A stretch of DNA of 63,354 nt, the filler included, from Eubacteriales bacterium (GTDB taxonomy: Bacteria > Bacillota > Clostridia > Oscillospirales > CAG-382), in the NCBI GenBank assembly GCA_045636665.1. It is 6 parts of 6 records of this genome, joined end to end, with 100 filler letters (N's around TTAATTAATTAA, not from the genome) between each part and the next. Parts side by side here need not be neighbours in the genome. Positions count along the whole stretch, not along the records: positions 37,418 to 44,581 come from JAZTXY010000042.1; positions 44,682 to 52,494 come from JAZTXY010000043.1; 4 more parts are not named here. One strand, given 5' to 3'. The notes below the pieces were generated by a model. It made no database searches. It saw nothing but the letters and a program-made list of their open reading frames with translations, and was not told where the DNA came from. Of this stretch, positions 37,670-48,522 are shown piece by piece. Within the stretch, counting starts at the first letter, position 1; the number at the start of each line of letters is the position of its first letter. Made by a program: the position numbers and the translations under genes.

Positions 37670-39949
37670 ATGGAACAGCAATCAAAAGCAATCGCCGCAA
37701 GACTTAAATGGGCGAGAGAAAATCTCGATATGCCCGTTAAAGCATTGGCGGAGGCGTGCGGTATCGGCGAATCCGAATATATGCGTATGGAAAAGGGCGA
37801 GGAAGATTTTTCCTTCTCCTTCCTTTTCAAGTGTGCAAAGCTTTTGGGTATGGATATTTCCGAGCTCGTTTCGGGTTCTGATCCGAAGCTTGATTTTTAC
37901 AACCTTACGCGCGCAGGCGGCGGTATGCCCATCAAGCGCGAAAAGGGTTTTGACTATCGCCACGTTGCGCCGCTTTTGAAAAACCGTATGAGCGAACCGT
38001 TTATCGTCACCGCAAAATACGATGAAGAGCTGCAAAACAAGCCCATAACTCTTGCGACACACAAGGGACAGGAATTCAACCTTATCCTTACGGGCAACCT
38101 TAAGGTTCAGTTGGGCGAGCATATTTACGTTATGAACCCCGGCGACACAGTTTATTACGATTCCGCGCATCCTCACGGTATGATCGCCGTCGGCGGTCAG
38201 GATTGCACCTTCCTTGCGGTAGTATTCAAGGAAGACGGCGAAAAAGAGGAAAAAGTTCCCGAAAAGACAGAAGATAAAGCAACCTCTTACAATTACGATA
38301 ACTGTATTTATAAGCAATTCGTTGAAGAAACCTTTGACGAAGACGGCAGACTTAAAGATATCAAGCTTCATTGCAACGATAACTTCAATTTTGCTTACGA
38401 CGTCGTTGACGCGCTTGCGGCAAAGGTTCCCGATAAAAAATGTATCCAATGGGTCGGCAACGACGGATCCGAAAAGGAATTTACCTTTTCCGATATTTCG
38501 CGCCTTTCGTCCAAGGCGGCGAACTACTTTGCGATGCAGGGCATCAAGAAGGGCGACCGCGTAATGCTCGTTCTTAAACGCCATTGGCAATTCTGGGTAT
38601 GTATGATCGCTTTGCACAAGCTCGGCGCGGTTGCGGTTCCTGCAACAAATCAGCTTGTCGAGCACGATTTTGAATACCGCTTCAACGCAGGTGAGATCAG
38701 TGCGATCGTTTGTACCGCAGACGGCAACACCGCAATCGAAGCGGAACGCGCTTTCCTCAAATGTCCCACGATGAAGACCAAAATTATGGTCAACGGCACC
38801 CGTGACGGCTGGCAGGAATTCGACACCAACTTTATGCGCTGCTCGTCGAGCTTCCCGCGTGTCGAAAACAGCAAGGACGATCCTTCGGTAATGTTCTTCT
38901 CGTCGGGTACGACCGGATATCCCAAGCTTGCGATGCACAGCTTTACTTATCCGCTCGGACATATCGTTACCGCAAGACATTGGCATCACGTCGATCCCGA
39001 CGGCTTGCATTTCACCATTTCCGATACCGGCTGGGGTAAGGCGCTTTGGGGCAAGCTTTACGGTCAATGGCTTTGCGAGGCGGCAATTTTCGTTTACGAT
39101 TTCGACCGCTTCGACGCTTCGAAATTGCTTCCCATGTTCGCAAAATATAACATCACCACCTTCTGCGCACCTCCCACGATGTATCGCTTCTTCATCCGTG
39201 AGGACCTTAATAAATACGATCTTTCTTCGCTTAAATACGCGACGATTGCAGGTGAAGCTTTAAACCCCGAGGTGTTCAAGCTCTTCTATAACGCAACCGG
39301 CATTAAGCTTATGGAAGCGTTTGGTCAGACCGAAACAACTCTTACCGTCGGTAACCTTATCGGCTGTGAGCCGAAGCCCGGTTCGATGGGTAAGCCCAGT
39401 CCGGCTTACGATATCGACATAGTGCGCGAGGACGGCACACCTGCCGCTGTCGGTGAAGAGGGCGAAATCGTTATTCGCTTGGACAAGGGCAGACCGTTTG
39501 GCTTGTTCCTCGGTTATTACAAAAACCAAGAAGCGACCGACAACGTGCTTTGCGACGGCGTTTACCACACGGGCGACACCGCATGGCGCGATGAAGACGG
39601 CAATTTCTGGTACGTCGGACGTGTTGACGACGTTATCAAATCGAGCGGCTACCGCATCGGCCCGTTCGAAATCGAAAGCGTTATTATGGAGCTTCCTTAT
39701 GTGCTTGAATGCGCAATTACCGGTGTGCCCGATGAAACGAGAGGGCAAATCGTTAAGGCGACCGTTGTTCTTACAAAGGACAAGGAGCCGAGTGACGAAT
39801 TGGTAAAGGAAATCCAAAATTACGTAAAAACTCACACCGCACCCTATAAATATCCCCGTAAGGTCGAATTCGTCGAAAGTCTTCCCAAAACCATTTCGGG
39901 TAAGATAAGAAGAAAGGTCTTGCGCGATAACGACAACTCGAATAATTAA
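37670..39949 (+). CDS. XRE-HTH/cupin-fused short/branched-chain acyl-CoA synthetase
   Basis: N-terminal XRE HTH, cupin (HKGQEF...GDTVYYDSAHPH), then NFAYDVVD, FSSGTTGYPK, FGQTET, YHTGD, GYRIGPFEIE, PYKYPR, LPKTISGKI. Confidence 0.9.
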   Translation: MEQQSKAIAARLKWARENLDMPVKALAEACGIGESEYMRMEKGEEDFSFSFLFKCAKLLGMDISELVSGSDPKLDFYNLTRAGGGMPIKREKGFDYRHVAPLLKNRMSEPFIVTAKYDEELQNKPITLATHKGQEFNLILTGNLKVQLGEHIYVMNPGDTVYYDSAHPHGMIAVGGQDCTFLAVVFKEDGEKEEKVPEKTEDKATSYNYDNCIYKQFVEETFDEDGRLKDIKLHCNDNFNFAYDVVDALAAKVPDKKCIQWVGNDGSEKEFTFSDISRLSSKAANYFAMQGIKKGDRVMLVLKRHWQFWVCMIALHKLGAVAVPATNQLVEHDFEYRFNAGEISAIVCTADGNTAIEAERAFLKCPTMKTKIMVNGTRDGWQEFDTNFMRCSSSFPRVENSKDDPSVMFFSSGTTGYPKLAMHSFTYPLGHIVTARHWHHVDPDGLHFTISDTGWGKALWGKLYGQWLCEAAIFVYDFDRFDASKLLPMFAKYNITTFCAPPTMYRFFIREDLNKYDLSSLKYATIAGEALNPEVFKLFYNATGIKLMEAFGQTETTLTVGNLIGCEPKPGSMGKPSPAYDIDIVREDGTPAAVGEEGEIVIRLDKGRPFGLFLGYYKNQEATDNVLCDGVYHTGDTAWRDEDGNFWYVGRVDDVIKSSGYRIGPFEIESVIMELPYVLECAITGVPDETRGQIVKATVVLTKDKEPSDELVKEIQNYVKTHTAPYKYPRKVEFVESLPKTISGKIRRKVLRDNDNSNN

Positions 39950-39960
39950 TAAAAAATTCA

Positions 39961-39988
39961 TTGACTTTAACCGATAATATGATAAGAT
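39961..39988 (+). promoter_or_regulatory. Putative sigma-A promoter for the miaA-divIVA cluster
   Basis: TTGACT-16 nt-TAAGAT with extended TG. Confidence 0.5.
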
Positions 39989-40065
39989 AATATTAGGCAT
40001 AAAGTTAATATCAAGGCGCAGGATACCCCCTGCGCCTTGGTGCACCTTTAAAGTAGGACAAAATT

Positions 40066-40944
40066 ATGGAAAAAATCCCACTTATCGTCGTTGTCGGACC
40101 TACGGCAGGCGGAAAAAGTGCATACGCGATTCAAAAAGCCATCGAGCTCGGAGGCGAAATAATAAGCGGCGATTCTATGCAGATATACCGTGAAATGGAC
40201 ATCGGCACCGCAAAGCCGACCAAGGAGGAAATGGAGGATATCCCTCACCACCTCATCGATATTTGCAATATTGACGAGCCCTTTTCGGCGGCAAAGTTCG
40301 TTACCCTCGCCAAAGCGGCGATAAACGACGTCGTTTCACGGGGCAAATACCCGATAATTGCAGGCGGCACGGGGCTTTATATCGATACGCTCATTTCGGG
40401 CACCGAGCTTGTTGCTACCGAGGATGACCCGATACTGCGCGAAAAGCTTTTTGCCGAGGCAAACGAGCTTGGTGCAGAAGCACTGCACGCGAAATTGGCG
40501 CAAATCGACCCCGAATCGGCAAACGCTATCCACCCGAACAATATAAAGCGCGTTGTCCGCGCTTTGGAAATGTATTACAATACGGGGATAACAAAAAGCG
40601 AGCTTGACCGAAGAAGCAAGCTGCGCGAAAGCGAATATTCGGCGCACACCGTTTATATCATTCCGCGTGAACGCGAAACGATTTATAACCGTATCGATGC
40701 GCGCGTTGATATTATGTTTGAAATGGGCTTGGAAAAAGAGGTTGAAGGGCTTGTTGCCAAGGGACTTCGGGAAACGCCGACGGCATCGCAAGCAATCGGA
40801 TATAAAGAGTTTTATCCGTATTTTGACGGCTTGTGCGATATCAATTCGGTTAAAGAGGCAATTTGCCTTAACACCCGACATTACGCAAAGCGCCAATTAA
40901 CCTGGTTTAACCGCAAGCCTGCGACCGAAATTATTTACATTTAA
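40066..40944 (+). CDS. miaA: tRNA dimethylallyltransferase
   Basis: GPTAGGKS, DSMQIY, DIGTAKP, GGTGLY, AIGYKE, YAKRQLTWF. Confidence 0.96.
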   Translation: MEKIPLIVVVGPTAGGKSAYAIQKAIELGGEIISGDSMQIYREMDIGTAKPTKEEMEDIPHHLIDICNIDEPFSAAKFVTLAKAAINDVVSRGKYPIIAGGTGLYIDTLISGTELVATEDDPILREKLFAEANELGAEALHAKLAQIDPESANAIHPNNIKRVVRALEMYYNTGITKSELDRRSKLRESEYSAHTVYIIPRERETIYNRIDARVDIMFEMGLEKEVEGLVAKGLRETPTASQAIGYKEFYPYFDGLCDINSVKEAICLNTRHYAKRQLTWFNRKPATEIIYI

Positions 40945-40980
40945 AGTCCGTTATCAGAATAAAGCAAAGGAGGAAAACCG

Positions 40981-42342
40981 TTGAGCGAGCAAAACAAGAA
41001 TCTGCCCGAGGCACGAAAAGAAAGCGCGGTAACAACGCGCCGTATAAAACAGCATGAAACGAAGAGCGACAGATTCATCAGGATTGCAAAACGCTTTTTT
41101 GCGCAGTTCGGCACCGCAATAATGGCGGTGGCGATAGTCGCCTACGTTTTCCTTCAGCTTATGCTTAACGTGAGCGTAAATCTTAACCGAGAAACCGCGA
41201 CCTACGTTAACATAACCGACCGCTCGGAGCTTTCCGCGTTCCTTTTCCGCGATGAATACATCATTCCGCAGGGAGCAGAGGGAACCGATTGCTTTCTTGC
41301 CGAGGACGGCGAAAAGGTAAGATTGGGACAGGATATCGTTATAACCTATTCCGATGAAAACGACGTTAATATCCAAAAACGGATAAGCGAAATCGATAAA
41401 CGAATTGACATTCTCGAAAGGTCAAGCCTTGCGACGGGCGCGTCGACTACCGATATAACGCTTATCGACACGAAGATAAACGAGCTTATACTTTCGATTT
41501 CGCGTCAGGTCGATGAAGACGATTTCGATAAGGTCTTGCGTGAAAAGGAAGAGCTCCTTATTCTTATGAACCGCCGCCAAGCGTTAACTCACTCGGATAA
41601 TTATCAAAGTGAATTGAACGCGCTTAAGAGCGAAAAGGAAGCGCTTAATAATCAGCTTAGCGGGGCAAACTATACCGTGCAATCGCCCCAAAGCGGATAT
41701 TTTTATTCGACGGTAGACGGCTATGAAAATTCGTTTACGCTCGACGTGCTTGAAAATATTACCGGCGAGGGCTTTGAAAAGCTTTCCGAATCGACACCCG
41801 ACCAAGCCCTTATTTCGCAGTCTTCGGGCAAAATCGTTATGTCGTCGACTTGGTATATCGCGGTTTCGGTAAACAAAAGGACTGCCGAAACCTTCCGAGA
41901 AAAAAGCAATTACCCGATAACCTTTCAGTATTCGAACAATACAGTTTTGGATATGACGCTTGAACGCAGAATAACCCGTACCGATAAGGACAGCACCGTG
42001 CTTGTTTTCAGCACGAAGATTATGCCCGAGGGCTTTGATTATTCGCGTTGCCAAACCGTTGAGCTTCCCACAACCGCTCACGAGGGTATCCGTGTCAGCA
42101 ATAATGCCATCCGTATGCAGGACGGTCAGCTCGGAGTTTTTGTTGTAGTCGGCTCGAAGGTAGTTTTCAAAAAAACCACCGTTATTTACAATTACGGCAG
42201 TTATGCTGTTTGCGAAATACCCAAAAACCCCGCATATCCCAATCGCCGCGATATTGCGTATTCATCGAAGACCGAGCTGTCTTTGCACGATTCGGTAATA
42301 ATCGGCGGTGACGACCTTTATGACGGAAAACGCTTGAAATAA
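40981..42342 (+). CDS. Membrane-anchored HlyD/periplasmic-adaptor-like protein
   Basis: One N-terminal TM; lipoyl-like halves ('DGEKVRLGQ', 'SPQSGYF..VDGYE') flanking a coiled coil. Confidence 0.7.
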   Translation: MSEQNKNLPEARKESAVTTRRIKQHETKSDRFIRIAKRFFAQFGTAIMAVAIVAYVFLQLMLNVSVNLNRETATYVNITDRSELSAFLFRDEYIIPQGAEGTDCFLAEDGEKVRLGQDIVITYSDENDVNIQKRISEIDKRIDILERSSLATGASTTDITLIDTKINELILSISRQVDEDDFDKVLREKEELLILMNRRQALTHSDNYQSELNALKSEKEALNNQLSGANYTVQSPQSGYFYSTVDGYENSFTLDVLENITGEGFEKLSESTPDQALISQSSGKIVMSSTWYIAVSVNKRTAETFREKSNYPITFQYSNNTVLDMTLERRITRTDKDSTVLVFSTKIMPEGFDYSRCQTVELPTTAHEGIRVSNNAIRMQDGQLGVFVVVGSKVVFKKTTVIYNYGSYAVCEIPKNPAYPNRRDIAYSSKTELSLHDSVIIGGDDLYDGKRLK

Positions 42343-42356
42343 TTGGTAAAAAGAAA

Positions 42357-43037
42357 ATGAACGATAAAAATCAGGTTGCCGAAAGCATTGCGCGGATAAA
42401 GGAAGAAATAGGCGGCAGAGCAAGGATTCTTGCCGCAACCAAAACCGTTCCGCCCGAAATGATAAATTTTGCGATAGAGCAGGGAATCGACCTCATAGGC
42501 GAAAACCGTGTTAACGAGCTTTTGGAAAAATACGACCTAATAAACCGCAATAAGACCGAGATACATTTAATCGGCGCATTGCAGACAAACAAGGTTAAAT
42601 ACATTATCGATAAGGTCGATATGATTCATTCGGTCGACCGCGTTTCGCTTGCCGACGAAATCGAGCGTCAAGCGGCAAAGCGCGGAATCGTTATGCCCGT
42701 CCTTGCCGAGGTGAATATCGGTAACGAGGCTACAAAATCGGGCATAGAACCGAGCAAGGTCGCTGAATTTTGCAGTTATTTGAACAGCTTGCCGCACATA
42801 AAGCTTCGCGGCTTGATGGCTATTCCGCCGAAATGCGAGCAAAAGGGCGGAAATAACGAATATTTTTGCAAAATGAAGAAAATATTTGTTGACATATCGT
42901 ACCAAAATGTAGATAATAGTATTATGGACGTATTGTCGCTTGGTATGAGCGACGATTATCTCGATGCGGTTGAATGCGGCTCGACGATGGTAAGAATCGG
43001 AAGCGGCATTTTCGGCAAGAGAATCTATAACGAATAA
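42357..43037 (+). CDS. yggS: YggS/YlmE PLP-binding protein
   Basis: AATKT, GENRVNE, HLIGALQTNK, IHSVD, LSLGMSDD, VRIGSGIFG. Confidence 0.94.
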   Translation: MNDKNQVAESIARIKEEIGGRARILAATKTVPPEMINFAIEQGIDLIGENRVNELLEKYDLINRNKTEIHLIGALQTNKVKYIIDKVDMIHSVDRVSLADEIERQAAKRGIVMPVLAEVNIGNEATKSGIEPSKVAEFCSYLNSLPHIKLRGLMAIPPKCEQKGGNNEYFCKMKKIFVDISYQNVDNSIMDVLSLGMSDDYLDAVECGSTMVRIGSGIFGKRIYNE

Positions 43038-43069
43038 TAAAAAATAAACATATTTTCAGGAGGCAAATT

Positions 43070-43534
43070 ATGGGACTTATGAATCGCTTGGGCGATCTCT
43101 TCAAGAGCGAAGAGGAATTTGACGAAAATGAAGAATTTGAAGAATACGAAGAGGAAGAAGAACAGGTAGCACCTGCTCCTGTACAAGCTCCCAAGGCAGC
43201 ACCCGCAACCAGAGCTACCGGCGGCATCTCGTCCGGCGCGGCTTTGGAAATGAAGGTCGTTAAACCCGAAAGATTTGACGAAGTTAAGGCAATCGGCGAG
43301 CATCTTCTTGCAAGACGTACCGTTGTTCTTAACCTTGAAGAAACCAACAAGGAAACCACCAAGAGAATTATCGATTTCCTTTGCGGCGTTGTTTTCGCAA
43401 TCGACGGTCAGGTAAAGAAGGTTGCAAACGCTACTTACGTTGTTACTCCCAAAAACGTTGACGTTTCGGGCGAACAGAACGAAGCTAACGCAGCACCCGA
43501 AGAAGCAAAACAACCCAGAGAACTTTTCCGTTAA
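43070..43534 (+). CDS. sepF: Cell division protein SepF
   Basis: VVLNLE, RIIDFLCG, AIDG, VTPKNV. Confidence 0.92.
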   Translation: MGLMNRLGDLFKSEEEFDENEEFEEYEEEEEQVAPAPVQAPKAAPATRATGGISSGAALEMKVVKPERFDEVKAIGEHLLARRTVVLNLEETNKETTKRIIDFLCGVVFAIDGQVKKVANATYVVTPKNVDVSGEQNEANAAPEEAKQPRELFR

Positions 43535-43545
43535 GGTAGATATTT

Positions 43546-43815
43546 TTGGACGTATTATTTTATATCGTATCACGGTCGGTTTATCTTTTCTTAAGCATGT
43601 TTATGCTGCTTCTTCTCGCAAGAGTTCTTTTGGGCTTCTTTGCGGATGAGGAATCAAAAGCCTTCAGCTTTTGCTATGCGATAACCGAACCGGTCGTTTC
43701 GCCTATGCGCGGACTGCTTTCGCACGTTCCCGTATTGGCTGACTCGCCAATCGACTTTTCGTTTATGGCGACTTGTCTTTTAATCACAATAGTTCAATCC
43801 GCACTACCGCTTTAA
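43546..43815 (+). CDS. ylmG: YggT/YlmG membrane protein
   Basis: ITEPVVSPMR, IDFS; TTG start. Confidence 0.85.
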   Translation: MDVLFYIVSRSVYLFLSMFMLLLLARVLLGFFADEESKAFSFCYAITEPVVSPMRGLLSHVPVLADSPIDFSFMATCLLITIVQSALPL

Positions 43816-43920
43816 GGCCCTTTAAAGGCCGAAAAGCGTAGTGCTTTTGGGCGTTATATGCACGACTTTAATGCTCTGCAAACAAAAAACGCTATATATA
43901 ACCGAAAGGAGTGCTCTGCG

Positions 43921-44581
43921 ATGTTAGCACCGCACGAATTGAAAAACAAACAGTTTCAAAAAACCTTCAAGGGCTATAACCCCCAAGAGGTAGACGAATA
44001 TCTTGAATTCGTACTTGAAAAATATACCGAAGCATACCGCGAAAATAACGAGCTCGAACGCAAGCTTCGCATCGTTGTCACAAACCTTGATGAAATCAAG
44101 GACGAGGAAGAATCGATTCGCAGCACGCTTATCTCCGCGCAGAAAATGGCGGAAAAGATTATTGCCGATGCAAATGACCGAGCTGATATAATCACCGGCG
44201 CGATAAAGGACCGTTGCGACGGCGTTATTGCCGAGTTCCGTCAGCAGCTTCAGGCGGAAAAGGAAAAGGCATGGGTCATGCGTACCCGTATCATTGAGTT
44301 CAAAAAACAGCTCTATGAGCTTTACGGTACTCATATCGAAGAACTCAAGAACCTCAGCGTGAACGAAATCGAGGATATCGTGCTTCCCGATGACGATATG
44401 CTCGTTGCAAATATATTCAACGACGTAAAAGGCCGTATCGAGGAAGAAACCGAACGCCGCAAGAACGTTCGTGAACTTAAAACCGAAGAACCGCCTTACG
44501 CTGCGGAAATCGCCGAAGCAGTAGCAGAAACCGAAGAAAAAGCACAAGTTGTTCCCGAACCCGAAATTATTCCCGAGCAGC
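43921..44581 (+). CDS. divIVA: DivIVA, 3'-truncated at the contig end
   Basis: MLAPHELKNKQFQKTFKGYNPQEVDEYL followed by coiled coil; AAGGAG RBS. Confidence 0.9.
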
Positions 44582-44681
44582 NNNNNNNNNNNNNNNNNNN
44601 NNNNNNNNNNNNNNNNNNNNNNNNNTTAATTAATTAANNNNNNNNNNNNNNNNNNNNNNNNNNNNNNNNNNNNNNNNNNNN
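44582..44681. other. Artificial contig-joining spacer
   Basis: N-run + TTAATTAATTAA + N-run. Confidence 0.99.
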
Positions 44682-47473
44682 CGGTAATGCGGCGGCAAGG
44701 GATTGACCTCGGAAATGCCCGACATGGTGGCAACGAAAGAAGAACCGACCGAGCCGCGCGAGCCGACGAGATAACCGTGCTCCTCGCTGTTTTGAACCAA
44801 ACGGCGCGCGATAACGTAAAGAACCGCAAAACCGTTTTTGATTATCGAGTTAAGCTCTCTGTCCATTCTTGCACGGACGATTTCGGGAATTTGACCCTTA
44901 AATCCGTACATTTCCATTGCGGTTTGCTCGCAAAGTGATTGCAATTCCTCTTCGGCGCCGTCGATTTTGGGAGTATAGGTGCCGTCGGGAATGGGTTTTA
45001 TATCGTCGAAATCGGCAATAACCTTTTTCGGGTTTTCGATAACTATTCTTCTGGCTTCTTCATCGCCGAGATAGGCAAATTCCGAAAGCATTTCATCGGT
45101 TGTGCGGAAGAATATTCCCGTTTCGCGCATCGCATCCGAAAAGCCCTTGCCGCGAAGCATAATTTGACGGTATATTTCGTCCTCGGGGTCCATAAAATGC
45201 ACGTCACCCGTAGCGACGACAAGCTTTTTTTGCTTGTTTGCGATAGCGATTATCTTGCGTACGTTATCGTGAAGCTGTTCGACGGTTGCCTGATTTTCCT
45301 CGATAAGATAGCCGTTGTTGCAATCGGGCTGAACCTCGAGATAATCGTAAAATTCGGCAATGCGGTAAAGCTCGTTATCGGGTCTGCCCTGCAAAATAGC
45401 ATCATAAAGCTCACCCGACGAGCAAGCCGAGCCGATAACCAATCCTTCACGATATTCGCTGAGCAGCGTTTTCGGTATACGCGGATGCTTGTGGTAGTAA
45501 TCGAGATAAGACCTTGATACGAGCTTGTAAAGATTTTTAAGTCCGACAAGATTCTTTACAAGAATAATTATGTGATAGCTTTTAAGACGTTTCGGGTCGG
45601 AGCTGTTTGCCATTGCGGCATTCATTTCGTTAACGGTAAAAACACCGTTTGCCGCAAGCTTGCGCGACATACATTCAAAAATCTTTGCGAGCATTTCGGT
45701 ATCGGCATCCGCCTTGTGGTGGTCAAATTCGCCGAGGTTGAAATACTTTGCAAGAGTATCGAGCGTGTGCTTTTTAATGTCGCTGTTGATATAGCGCGAA
45801 AGCGCAACGGTATCGAGATAGGGATTTTCAAATCGGATTTGGTTTTCATCCGCTACGCGGCGTATAAACGAAATATCGAAATTTGCGTTATGTGCGACAA
45901 GCATTCTGTCACCGCAAAATTCGAGAAAGCTTTTTACCGCTTCGCATTCATTGGGGGCTCCCTTTACCATTTCATCGGTAATGCCCGTCAAACGAACTAT
46001 ATTTTCGGGAATGGGGATTCCGCAATCGACAAAGGTCGAAAACTCTCCTATTATTTCACCGTTTTTATATTTTAACGCGCCGATTTGCGTTATTCCGCAA
46101 ACCTTCGGCGAAAGTCCCGTTGTTTCGATATCGAAGATAATAAATTCATCCTCGTTAAACCTTGTGTTGCTTGAATCATCATAACGGAAAACGGCACGCG
46201 CGGTATCATCGACAAGATAACCCTCGATGCCGTAAATCGGCTTTACGTCGGGATATTTTTTCGCGGCGCTCATAACTATCGGATAGGCTTGAAGCGTGCC
46301 GTGGTCGGTAAACGCAACCGCAGGCATACCCCAATCGTGTGCGCGCGCCATTATATCGGCGGCATCGCTTAAGGCGTCGGTTGCCGACATATTTGTGTGC
46401 AAATGCAGCTCGACGCGTTTTTCTTCCGCTTCGTCCTGTCTGCCGTAAACCTTGCATTTGGAAATGGCTTTGATTGCAAGAGTTATTTCATCGTCCTCAA
46501 CCCATTCGGACTTATTGCGGTCGAAAATGCGTCTTTTTTCGGCTTTGCCCGAAACAGTCACATACATCGGCGCGTTTATCTTCGGCGCTTCCTTTTTGTG
46601 GCAGGTAAACTTACCCGAAATCGACGCCGAATTATCGGTTATATAAACGGTATAGGTGATTTTTTCGGTTTCGTAATTTTCCTTTGTTTCAACAAGGAAA
46701 AGCTTGCCTGCGACACATACCGCAGTGTCGTTTTTAACGTGAGAAATCGGAGTGAACGACCAATTCCTGCGTTCTCCGAATATCGGTTCGGGGTTGGTTA
46801 TATCCAAGGTCATTTTGCCGACGGTAACGAGATATTTACCGTTCTTTTCAAAATCGTATGCTTCCTCGTCCTCGGTTTCAACAAACGAAGCTCTGGGAGC
46901 ATCCTTGGGTATTTCTTGCGCAATTTCAAACTTTTGCTCGCGGATGCTTTGAGCAAGCGCGCTTTCGCGGTCGTTCCGATATTCAAAAATATCGATTTCC
47001 TCATATTCGAATTTAAGGATTATCGCCGTACCGAATTGGTCGCGAACGCATTGCATTATAAAAAGCTCGGCGCCGTTCGCTTCGGGAATGACGGAGGTGA
47101 TATTCTTGCGCAATCTTATAACGAAAACGCCCGTGTTTTTATCGTAATGATAGGTCGAGCCGTCAAAAAAGCCGTAATCGAGCTTTGAAACCTGCTTAAG
47201 CGTTTCGATAATACCGTCCATATAAGACGATTCAAACTCGACGTTATAATGCGGATATATCATCGCGGCATTAAGCGCATACGCTTTTTTGATTTCCGCT
47301 TCAAGCTCAAACAGCTTCGACGGCTTTACATAGCAAGAAAGCTCCGCCTTGACAGCGATCGAAACACGTTCGCGGTCAACCATTACGGAGAAAGAATCGA
47401 ATTTGCTTATGGTCTCCTTCATTTTGTCGTTAAAGGAGGCTTTTTTGAATTTGTTTAAAAATTCGTTAAGCAT
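44682..47473 (-). CDS. polC: DNA polymerase III PolC, 3'-truncated
   Basis: RVELHLHTNMS PHP domain, inserted exonuclease FDIETTG/VAHNANFD, GSRGSVGSS, EVNPLPPHY. Confidence 0.96.
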
Positions 47474-48521
47474 TAATAAGTTCCTTTATTTCGTTAACGA
47501 GGGTGTTTACTATCTCGTTTTCATCAAGCTTTTTGATAATTTCGCCCTTGCGGAAAAGCAATCCTTCGCTTTTTCCGCAGGCAACGCCAATATCGGCGTG
47601 CTTTGCTTCGCCCGGGCCGTTAACCACACAGCCCATAAGCGCAACCGTCAAGCGGCGATTGGTTTTTATTTCACGCGTTGCTTTTTCAAGCTCGTTAACA
47701 AGTCCGATGACGTTCGATTCGGTTCTGCCGCAGGTGGGGCAGGAAACGATATTTATACCGCCGCCGATACCGCAGCAGAAAAGAATATCCTTTGCGGCGT
47801 AAACCTCGTTAACGGGGTCATCGGTAAGCGAAACACGAACGGTGTTGCCGATTCCGTCAAGCAACAAAGCTCCGATTCCGATTGCCGATTTGATATTTCC
47901 TCTGCGTACGTCACCCGTTTCGGTAACGCCGATATGTAAGGGATAATCGCATTTTTCACTTAAAATGCGCGTTGCATCGACCATGGTTTTAACGTCGGAG
48001 CTTTTTACCGAAAGAACGATATTTGTAAAATCGAATTCTTCAAGCATTTGTGCGTTAAGCAACGCGCTTTCGGCAAGTGCTTCGGCAGTAGGTCCGCCGT
48101 ATTTCAAGAGCACCGATTTTTCGGCACTTCCGCCGTTAATACCGATTCTTATCGGAATATTACGCTCACGGCAAGCGAGAGCAACCTTTTTTATATTTTC
48201 CTTTTCGCCGATGTTACCGGGATTTATGCGTATTTTAGAAATACCGCGCTCGGCAGCGGCAAGCGCCAAGCGGTAATCAAAATGAATATCGGCAACAAGC
48301 GGAATATTCGTATTTTCAACGTAATGAGGTATTGCCTCTGCCGCCGCCATATCGTTTACGGTAAAGCGCACTATATCGCACCCTGCAGCCGAAAGCGATT
48401 TGATTTGACGGAGCGTCGCTTCCTTGTCGGCGGGTTTTGTATTTGTCATCGATTGTATGGCTATCGGATTCGCTCCGCCAATCGAAATATTTCCGATTTT
48501 TACTGTTTTTGTGTTTTTCAT
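47466..48521 (-). CDS. ispG: HMBPP synthase
   Basis: IQSMTNT, VADIHFDY, RINPGNIG, PLHIGVTE, SCPTCGR, GCVVNGPGE. Confidence 0.96.
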   Translation of the reverse strand: MKNTKTVKIGNISIGGANPIAIQSMTNTKPADKEATLRQIKSLSAAGCDIVRFTVNDMAAAEAIPHYVENTNIPLVADIHFDYRLALAAAERGISKIRINPGNIGEKENIKKVALACRERNIPIRIGINGGSAEKSVLLKYGGPTAEALAESALLNAQMLEEFDFTNIVLSVKSSDVKTMVDATRILSEKCDYPLHIGVTETGDVRRGNIKSAIGIGALLLDGIGNTVRVSLTDDPVNEVYAAKDILFCCGIGGGINIVSCPTCGRTESNVIGLVNELEKATREIKTNRRLTVALMGCVVNGPGEAKHADIGVACGKSEGLLFRKGEIIKKLDENEIVNTLVNEIKELINA

Positions 48522-48522
48522 A

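Noticed and set aside
44682..47473. Possible intein or intron in polC
   Set aside because: The insert in the PHP domain is the normal proofreading exonuclease; no splicing motifs were seen.
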